A DNA stretch of 32,000 nt from an uncultured Desulfobacterales bacterium (lineage in GTDB: Bacteria > Desulfobacterota > Desulfobacteria > Desulfobacterales > Desulfobacteraceae): the NCBI GenBank assembly GCA_964425195.1, contig CAYRLG010000009.1, positions 67,891-99,890 of the forward strand. The letters run 5' to 3'. This document shows positions 25,941-32,000 of this stretch, piece by piece. A program made the position numbers and the translations under genes. Within the stretch, counting starts at the first letter, position 1. Every line of letters starts with the position of its first letter. The notes beneath the pieces were generated by a model. That model was not told the origin of the DNA. It ran no database searches and was given only the letters and a program-made list of their open reading frames with translations.

Positions 25941-26696
25941 ATGAATCCTGAAACAACCGATCTTTTTCACATGATGATCAGTGCAGGACCCGTAGTAAAA
26001 GCTGTCATGTTACTTCTGCTGTTTTTTTCGATCACTTCATGGGCGATTATTTTTATCAAATATAGGTACATAAAAAGAGCATACAAAGATTCAGTTGATT
26101 TTACTGACATCTTTTGGCAATGCCGTAACCTTGCTGACGCCTTTACTAAAGCAAAGGTACTAAAAACAAGTCCTGTTGCAAGAGTTTTTATCACAGGATA
26201 TATGGAGGTTAAAAAGTTTGATGCTTCAATTTCAGATAGTACAGCAAGACGGAGTGGGGTTTCTTCTCCTGCAATAAAATCACAGGAAGAGATAGCTCCC
26301 AAGATAGTACCCTCTTATAATGTTATGTCGAGTGTGCAAAGAGCTTTAAAAAGAGCTATAAGTGTAGAGATTAGACGCCTTTCTCAATTAATAACTTTTC
26401 TTGCGACTGCTGGAAACACTGCCCCTTTTATAGGGCTGTTTGGTACGGTATGGGGAATACTTAATACCTTTCAAGGTATAGGAATGACTAAATCGGCAAG
26501 TCTTGCTGTTGTTGCACCAGGTATTTCAGAGGCATTGGTTGCAACTGCTGCTGGACTTGCAGTTGCTATTCCAGCTGTTATTGCCTATAACTATTTTACG
26601 GACAGAATCAGGGTTCTTGATTCTGAGTTACAAAGTTTTGTTGCTGATCTGTTAAATATTATAGAGCGTGATCTTCAGAAAAATCAGGGGGTATAA
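25941..26696 (+). CDS. tolQ: Tol-Pal system proton-channel protein TolQ (MotA/TolQ/ExbB family)
   Basis: ATG 25941 lies 6 nt after GGAG (25931-25934). The ORF-track GTG at 25890 sits inside the palindrome and adds a non-TolQ-like leader. 'GNTAPFIGLFGTVWGILNTF...APGISEALVATAAGLAVAIPAVIAYNYF' is the family core. Followed by tolR/tolA/tolB/pal. Confidence 0.9.
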   Translation: MNPETTDLFHMMISAGPVVKAVMLLLLFFSITSWAIIFIKYRYIKRAYKDSVDFTDIFWQCRNLADAFTKAKVLKTSPVARVFITGYMEVKKFDASISDSTARRSGVSSPAIKSQEEIAPKIVPSYNVMSSVQRALKRAISVEIRRLSQLITFLATAGNTAPFIGLFGTVWGILNTFQGIGMTKSASLAVVAPGISEALVATAAGLAVAIPAVIAYNYFTDRIRVLDSELQSFVADLLNIIERDLQKNQGV

Positions 26697-27103
26697 TGCA
26701 TATCGGTGGTGGTAGTGATCAATTGATGTCAGAAATTAATGTAACTCCATTTGTGGATGTAATGTTAGTATTATTAATAATATTCATGGTCTCCGCACCA
26801 ATGATGGTTGAGGGTGTAGATGTTAATCTTCCTAAAGCTTCAGCTGCTCCCTTAAAAACTGATGAAGAGAATCTTGTTATTTCTATTCAAAAAGACAGTC
26901 AAGTTTATCTTAACGATCAGATTATTGATATTGAGTTTTTGACGGAAAAGCTTCAAAAGATACTTGAAAATGTTGAAAAAAGAGATATTTATCTCAAAGC
27001 TGACAAAGATATATCTTATGGTACTGTCGTTGATGTTATGTCAAAAGTCAAATTGGCAGGGGTAACCTCTCTTGGGATGATTACTCTTCCAGAAGAGGAA
27101 TAG
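26696..27103 (+). CDS. tolR: Tol-Pal system protein TolR (ExbD/TolR family)
   Basis: 135 aa. 'MSEINVTPFVDVMLVLLIIFMVSAP'. The start overlaps the tolQ stop (TAATG). Confidence 0.9.
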   Translation: MHIGGGSDQLMSEINVTPFVDVMLVLLIIFMVSAPMMVEGVDVNLPKASAAPLKTDEENLVISIQKDSQVYLNDQIIDIEFLTEKLQKILENVEKRDIYLKADKDISYGTVVDVMSKVKLAGVTSLGMITLPEEE

Positions 27104-27118
27104 AATAAGCAAAATATA

Positions 27119-28459
27119 ATGAACTCATTAGATTTTTTACAATCAATAAGTGCCAGTTCAAGGCGGAAGCAGCAGACAGAAACTATTCCATCTATTAAAA
27201 TGATGTATGGGCTTTCTGTTGCTCTTCATATTTTGCTGATTTTGATTTGTATGTTTGCTCAAAAACTCAATCCAGTTCCTGTTGTTCCTTTTGCGGTTCA
27301 GGTTGATTTAGTCTCTTTCACACCCGGAGTTCCGGAAAGTAGCTCAGGTTCTAAATCAAAAGATTTAAAACCTGATTTAGGAGGGGAAGAAGAGGTGGAC
27401 TCGACTTCTCAATCTGTGAAGCAGTCTAAAACTGGCACCAAGAGCAAAAGCAGTGAAGAAGCTGAAAGCCATAAGGAGTTGGATGATGCTTCTGCAGCTC
27501 CTGTTAAAGCTTTGAAAAAAAAGAGTATGAAACCGGACGATGTAGAGATTAAAACAAAAACAGAAATTCCTGCTGAAACTAAAAAAGCTGAACCAAAACC
27601 TGAACCAAAACCCGAACCAAAACCCGAACCAAAACCCGAACCAAAACCCGAACCAAAACCTGAAGTTATTGAAAAAGCAGAAATAGAAGAACCTACTATT
27701 GCAAAAAAGAAAGAGTCTTTAAAAAAGAAAACCTATGATTCTAAAAAGGTTGAAGAAAGTGTAAAGGAGACTGTAGCTGAAACAGAGCCTCCTAAAAATA
27801 AGACCGTTGCTGCTAAGGAAACTAAGTCGGTTCAATCTACAACAGATGAAAAAAGCGGGCAAGAAGATGCTGACAAGGGTAAAAGTTCAGAAAAAAATAA
27901 TACCGAAAAGTCCGTTGTTCAAAATGAAAAAAAATCTGGTAATGGGACTGGAAGTTCTGATGGCGGTAAATCTGAAGATTCTGGTGTAGATGGTGGCGAT
28001 GAAGGAAAAGCAAATTTAGCAAAATCTTTAAGTCGATTAAGAGATCAAGTGGCAAGTCAATCTGCTAAAAAAGGAGGCAGTGGTGGTACTGGAAGCGGTG
28101 GTGTCTCAGGTTCTTCGGGTGGCGGGGCAATTGCTTCAGCTGGTGGCGGACAAGGAAGTGGCTCTACGGCAGAGGCTATAGGTCTTTATAATCTTGAATT
28201 GTATTACAAAATAAGACAAAATTGGTCATATAATCCAGGTCTTGCGGGGGTAGATGGTAAAGCTGAAGTGAGAATCGTAATTAAAATATTACAAAATGGC
28301 GAGATAAGAGATATTTGGTTTGAGACCCACTCGGGTAATAGCCATCTTGATGAATCTGCATTAAAAGCAGTAAAAAAATCTAATCCTTTGCCTGCCTTGC
28401 CGGCTGGTTATACCTCCTATGATATAGGTCTTATATTCACACCTTCTGGCTTGAAGTAA
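27119..28459 (+). CDS. tolA: TolA-position protein with TonB-type C-terminal domain and Pro/Lys/Glu spacer
   Basis: 446 aa. One N-terminal TM ('MMYGLSVALHILLILICMF'), a long K/E/S-rich low-complexity middle including (EPKP)6 and a Gly/Ser tract, and a C-terminal TonB_C/TolA-III-like 'YYKIRQNWSYNP...AEVRIVIKILQNGEIRDIWFETHSGNSHLDESALKAVKKSNPLPALP'. Position between tolR and tolB supports the call. Confidence 0.7.
   Translation: MNSLDFLQSISASSRRKQQTETIPSIKMMYGLSVALHILLILICMFAQKLNPVPVVPFAVQVDLVSFTPGVPESSSGSKSKDLKPDLGGEEEVDSTSQSVKQSKTGTKSKSSEEAESHKELDDASAAPVKALKKKSMKPDDVEIKTKTEIPAETKKAEPKPEPKPEPKPEPKPEPKPEPKPEVIEKAEIEEPTIAKKKESLKKKTYDSKKVEESVKETVAETEPPKNKTVAAKETKSVQSTTDEKSGQEDADKGKSSEKNNTEKSVVQNEKKSGNGTGSSDGGKSEDSGVDGGDEGKANLAKSLSRLRDQVASQSAKKGGSGGTGSGGVSGSSGGGAIASAGGGQGSGSTAEAIGLYNLELYYKIRQNWSYNPGLAGVDGKAEVRIVIKILQNGEIRDIWFETHSGNSHLDESALKAVKKSNPLPALPAGYTSYDIGLIFTPSGLK
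27590..27661 (+). repeat. six tandem copies of a 12-nt unit encoding EPKP
   Basis: (GAACCAAAACCY)x6. Four internal copies are identical (..CCC) and the outer two end in CCT. Encodes EPKPEPKPEPKPEPKPEPKPEPKP. Confidence 0.95.
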
Positions 28460-28534
28460 TTTTCTTTGTTTTTTTAATATTCTTTGTTATAATTGTTTTG
28501 CTGATAACAACTTTAAACCATTAAATATATATTG

Positions 28535-29905
28535 ATGAATATCATGGCTCAAAACATAGGTAAAAAATTGATGATAGCACTAAATTCATGTAGATTTTTT
28601 TTGTTACGTGGATTATTGTGCGTTCTGGTATTTTCTCCAGCATTTGTAATGGCACAACATGCGTATATTAACATTAATGATCCATTAATGAGGAAAATTC
28701 CTATAGCTATACCATATTTCAAGGCTTCTACTGGTCATGAACAAGAGATATCTCTTGGCAAAAATGCTGTAGATATTATGTCCAATGCACTTGATTTTAC
28801 TGGATATCTTGCTGTTATGGATAAAGGAGCTTTTATTGAGAATCCATCTCAGAAGGGGATTACCGGTGCCGATATTAACTATAAAAATTGGACGGTTATC
28901 GGTGCAGAGCTTTTAGTTACTGGTGGAATTGTAGAGCAAAATGGAGCTGTAAGGTTAGAATTAAGACTGTTCGACACTTTTAAAGAGACACTTCTTATAG
29001 GTAAGGTTTATACTGGTCATAAAGAAGATGTTAAAAGTATGGTTTATCGTTTCTGTGCTGAAATATCCTTACTTTTAACTGGTAAAATAGGTGTATTTGG
29101 AAGTAGATTGGTTTTTGTTTCTACTGTGAAAGGAAATAAAGAGATATTTACCTCTGATTTTGATGGTGGCAATATTACTCGGGTGACAAATTTTAACAAT
29201 ATAAGTATGACGCCCGCATGGTCATCTGACGGAAACTTTATTGCTTTTACATCTTATGCTAAGGGTAATCCAGATTTGTATATTAGAGATTTAAGAACAA
29301 ATCATGATGTTTTAGTGTCAAAAAAAGGGTTGAACATAACTCCCGCATGGATTCCCGGGCAGTTTGCTTTAGCAGCTACTTTAAGTTTCTCTGGAGATCA
29401 GGATATCTATTTGATATCTGGATCAGGTCAGATAAAACGCCAGTTGACCAAAGAGATGGGTATTGATGTTTCTCCAGCATTTTCTCCGGATGGTACAAGA
29501 TTTGCATTTGTTTCCAAACGTTCAGGAACGCCACAGATTTATATTGGAGATACTGGTTCAAATTCAGCTACAAGGCTTACTTTTCAGGGAAATTATAATA
29601 CATCGCCAGCATGGTCACCAGATGGTGAAAAGATTGCTTATGTTGGTGTTGTTAAAAATAGTATTAACATTTATGTTATTGGTGTCAATGGGGGTGGACC
29701 GACTCAGCTGACAAGCGGTCAGGGAGATAATGAAGACCCATCATGGTCTCCTGATGGTAATCTTATAGCCTTCAGTTCAACACGCCAAGGGACATCAAGA
29801 ATATTTGTAATGACTTCAACTGGAGCAGATCAAAGGCTTCTTTTTACTTACGGAGGAGCTCAGACTGATCCTATGTGGTCATCTTCGTTCGGCAATAAAC
29901 AATAA
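28535..29905 (+). CDS. tolB: Tol-Pal system beta-propeller protein TolB
   Basis: Signal-like N-terminus, then repeated propeller blades: 'TPAWSSDGNFIAFTSY', 'SPAFSPDGTRFAFVS', 'SPAWSPDGEKIAYV', 'DPSWSPDGNLIAFSS'. The start is ambiguous among TTG 28532, ATG 28535 and ATG 28544. Confidence 0.92.
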   Translation: MNIMAQNIGKKLMIALNSCRFFLLRGLLCVLVFSPAFVMAQHAYININDPLMRKIPIAIPYFKASTGHEQEISLGKNAVDIMSNALDFTGYLAVMDKGAFIENPSQKGITGADINYKNWTVIGAELLVTGGIVEQNGAVRLELRLFDTFKETLLIGKVYTGHKEDVKSMVYRFCAEISLLLTGKIGVFGSRLVFVSTVKGNKEIFTSDFDGGNITRVTNFNNISMTPAWSSDGNFIAFTSYAKGNPDLYIRDLRTNHDVLVSKKGLNITPAWIPGQFALAATLSFSGDQDIYLISGSGQIKRQLTKEMGIDVSPAFSPDGTRFAFVSKRSGTPQIYIGDTGSNSATRLTFQGNYNTSPAWSPDGEKIAYVGVVKNSINIYVIGVNGGGPTQLTSGQGDNEDPSWSPDGNLIAFSSTRQGTSRIFVMTSTGADQRLLFTYGGAQTDPMWSSSFGNKQ

Positions 29906-29935
29906 AAATGATTCAAAACCTTAGGAGGAAAAAAG

Positions 29936-30496
29936 ATGGGAAAAAGAGTTATCGTTAATGTTATGGTTGTGCTCTTTCTGTCAGCAATGATGCTGACCGT
30001 TTCGTGCGCCAAAAAAAGTGTTGAAACAGATCCGTCTGCTGGTATTCAGAGCGGCTCTTCACAAGATGGACTTTCTGCGGAAGAGATTGCAAGACAGAGA
30101 GCTCTTGAAGAAGAGCGTATGAGAGAAGAGGCATTAAGAAAAGCTCTTGCTGCTGAAAGAGAAAAATTTGAGATGGAAGATATCTATTTTGACTTTGACA
30201 GTTCTGAATTGAGACCAGACACCCGTATGCTTCTTAAAGAGAAAGCAGACTTTCTTAGCAGAAATAGCGGACTGACTGTTACTGTAGAGGGGCACTGCGA
30301 TGAGAGAGGTACTACAGAATACAACCTTGCTCTGGGTGAAAGACGTGCTATGGCAGCAAAGAGATATTTACAGGATCTTGGTATTGCTGAGTTCCGTCTG
30401 AATACTATCAGCTATGGAGAGGAGAGACCTGCTGTACAGGGAAATGATGAATCTGCATGGTCAAAAAACAGACGTGCCCACTTTGTAATTCGTTAG
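29936..30496 (+). CDS. pal: peptidoglycan-associated lipoprotein Pal (OmpA-C family)
   Basis: AGGAGG RBS. Lipobox 'LTVSCAK'. 'IYFDFDSSELRPDTRMLLKEKADFL...VTVEGHCDERGTTEYNLALGERRAMAAKRYLQDLGI...NRRAHFVI'. Confidence 0.95.
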   Translation: MGKRVIVNVMVVLFLSAMMLTVSCAKKSVETDPSAGIQSGSSQDGLSAEEIARQRALEEERMREEALRKALAAEREKFEMEDIYFDFDSSELRPDTRMLLKEKADFLSRNSGLTVTVEGHCDERGTTEYNLALGERRAMAAKRYLQDLGIAEFRLNTISYGEERPAVQGNDESAWSKNRRAHFVIR

Positions 30497-30525
30497 TATT
30501 TAGTATAGTTAAATTGATTTAAACT

Positions 30526-30604
30526 AAAATTCGCCTCCTCTTCAATTTGATGACCAAAGTAAAAAAATTATCAGATTTGAGTGTCAGCAGTGGAGACGAA
30601 TTTT
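30526..30604 (+). other. long-range inverted repeat between pal and ybgF
   Basis: AAAATTCGCCTCC (30526-30538) and GGAGACGAATTTT (30592-30604) are 12/13 complementary and separated by 53 nt. Confidence 0.5.
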
Positions 30605-30640
30605 ATTTAAATAGAGACAATCACAACATAGGATGCTGTA

Positions 30641-31522
30641 ATGATGAATATATTTAATTTGTTATCAGTTAGTCTTTTTGTTGTATCATTGTTCATCTCT
30701 GGATGTGTTAGCAGCAATGAATTTGCTTTACTTGAAAGCAAGGTAGCCACTCTTGAAGAGGATAATGTTAGACTGAAAAGCCAATATAATAGCATAATTA
30801 ATGATAATTTTAGCTCTCTTGCGCAGGAGCAGAGAGAGAAATATGCTGAAGTTAGAGATATGATGGAGAGCCTTAAAACTGATATCCAAATGGTCAGGGG
30901 TAATCTTGAAGAATCGGAGCATAGGCTTAAGCAGGCAAGTGAGGCTGCGGGAGCATCGGAATTAGGGCGTCTTGATAATGCTATAACGAATAATTACAGG
31001 CGTATCTTAAGGATTGAACAGCATCTTGGTCTTGAGTCATCTGAGCCTTCATCATCTGGAGATATTGTTTCATCCCCACAAACACAGATAAGTGGCAGTG
31101 CACCGTCAAATACAGCAACTGCATCAGCAGCAACTACTGCGGAAAATGTTAGTGAAACTTCATTATACAATGAGGCTAAAGCATCTTTGGACTCCGGGAA
31201 AAATGAACAGTCGAGAAATCAGTTCCAGACTTTTATAAATCGATATCCAACCTCTGAAAATGCGGATAATGCCAGATTTTGGATAGCTGACAGCTATTAC
31301 AGAGAAAAATGGTATGAAAAGGCTATTCTTGAGTACCAAAAAGTTATTGAAGAGTACCCCAAAGGTAATAAAGTGCCATCAGCACTTCTGAAACAAGCAT
31401 ACTCATTTGCCAATCTTGGAGAGAAGAGTAATGCCCGTTTAATTTTAAATGAACTTATTAAAAAATATCCTCAGACTCAAGAGGCTGAAAGTGCTAAAGA
31501 AAAACTTAAAACACTAAATTGA
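30641..31522 (+). CDS. ybgF: Tol-Pal system protein YbgF / CpoB (coiled coil + TPR)
   Basis: 293 aa. Lipoprotein-like 'LFISGCVSS', a coiled-coil N-terminal half, and C-terminal TPRs 'YNEAKASLDSGKNEQSRNQFQTFINRYPTSENADNARFWIADSYYREKWYEKAILEYQKVIEEYPKGNKVPSALLKQAYSFANLG'. Last gene of the tol-pal cluster. Confidence 0.85.
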   Translation: MMNIFNLLSVSLFVVSLFISGCVSSNEFALLESKVATLEEDNVRLKSQYNSIINDNFSSLAQEQREKYAEVRDMMESLKTDIQMVRGNLEESEHRLKQASEAAGASELGRLDNAITNNYRRILRIEQHLGLESSEPSSSGDIVSSPQTQISGSAPSNTATASAATTAENVSETSLYNEAKASLDSGKNEQSRNQFQTFINRYPTSENADNARFWIADSYYREKWYEKAILEYQKVIEEYPKGNKVPSALLKQAYSFANLGEKSNARLILNELIKKYPQTQEAESAKEKLKTLN

Positions 31523-31551
31523 AAAAGTTTGCACACTAAACATTAACCTGA

Positions 31552-32000
31552 ATGATCAAAGTAATAGGTATAGATCCGGGACTTGCCGGAACGGGAATCG
31601 GTCTTGTTCAGGGTGATGGACGAAAAGTATCTGCTTACTCTTTTGGTAGTATTAATACTGATAAAAAAGAGTCTCTTTATTTACGTCTCAATTCTATTTA
31701 TAGCCAAACCCTTGACTTTCTCTGTCAACAATCCCCTGACATAGTTGTTTTAGAAGATATCTTCTCTCTTAAGCAGTATCCTAATTCAGGGATTACTCTT
31801 GGAAAAGTGACAGGTGTGCTTCTACTCGCTGCTCATAAATCTGGTGCCTCTATCCAAGAGATATCAGTAAAAGAGGCTAAGAAACTTATTTCAGGTAGTG
31901 GCGGTGCTGATAAATATCAAGTTGAAAGGGCTGTGAGGAATTTTTTGAATCATCCCAAAGAGATAAGACCATTTCACTCCTCTGATGCTCTTGCTTTAGC
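31552..32000 (+). CDS. ruvC: crossover junction endodeoxyribonuclease RuvC, 5' part (runs off window end)
   Basis: Hand translation from ATG 31552 gives 'MIKVIGIDPGLAGTGIGLVQGDGRKVSAYSFGSINTD...IVVLEDIFSLKQYPNSGITLGKVTGVLLLAA...GSGGADKYQVERAV...FHSSDALAL'. The IDPG/..LE..F/..DA.A motifs are RuvC-typical. It is absent from the ORF track because no stop lies within the window. Confidence 0.9.
   Translation, partial: MIKVIGIDPGLAGTGIGLVQGDGRKVSAYSFGSINTDKKESLYLRLNSIYSQTLDFLCQQSPDIVVLEDIFSLKQYPNSGITLGKVTGVLLLAAHKSGASIQEISVKEAKKLISGSGGADKYQVERAVRNFLNHPKEIRPFHSSDALAL

Overview
This is an AT-rich chromosomal window (by eye well under 45% GC) from a flagellated, diderm, probably anaerobic bacterium. 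Gene content suggests a Desulfobacterota/delta-proteobacterial lineage, but that is inference only. It reads as core genome rather than an accessory island: I found no transposase or integrase, CRISPR array, tRNA/rRNA gene or recognisable defence system. Layout: (1) 1-297 is the tail of a UbiA-like prenyltransferase. (2) 455-13090 is a flagellar cluster, flgF-flgG-flgA-flgH-flgI-flgJ(rod-binding only) | flgN-flgK-flgL-csrA-fliW, with near-consensus sigma-54 promoters at 455 and 5662 and an exact sigma-28 -10 box at 5764. (3) 13112-19242 is an Fe-S/radical-SAM block: a Cys-rich 2x[4Fe-4S] protein, a translationally coupled NIL-ferredoxin/mnmA/mtaB operon on the minus strand, and a divergent B12-binding radical-SAM protein with a TPR tail. 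(4) hflK-hflC. (5) A 30-aa bS22-like (AURKAIP1/COX24-type) micro-ORF on the minus strand that is missing from the supplied ORF track, a small HExxH protein and an FmdB zinc-ribbon protein. (6) groES-groEL. (7) A complete Tol-Pal cluster, tolQ-tolR-tolA(TonB-like)-tolB-pal-ybgF, followed by the 5' part of ruvC. The most unusual observations are the very large FlgK (1184 aa) and FlgL (734 aa), which carry a shared, duplicated insert module. Next are the CxxC-type MnmA coupled to a NIL-ferredoxin, and the recurrence of exact short tandem duplications and repeated motifs in intergenic DNA around fmdB, groESL and tolQ. None of this is demonstrably a new multi-gene system; all are ranked as hypotheses to test.
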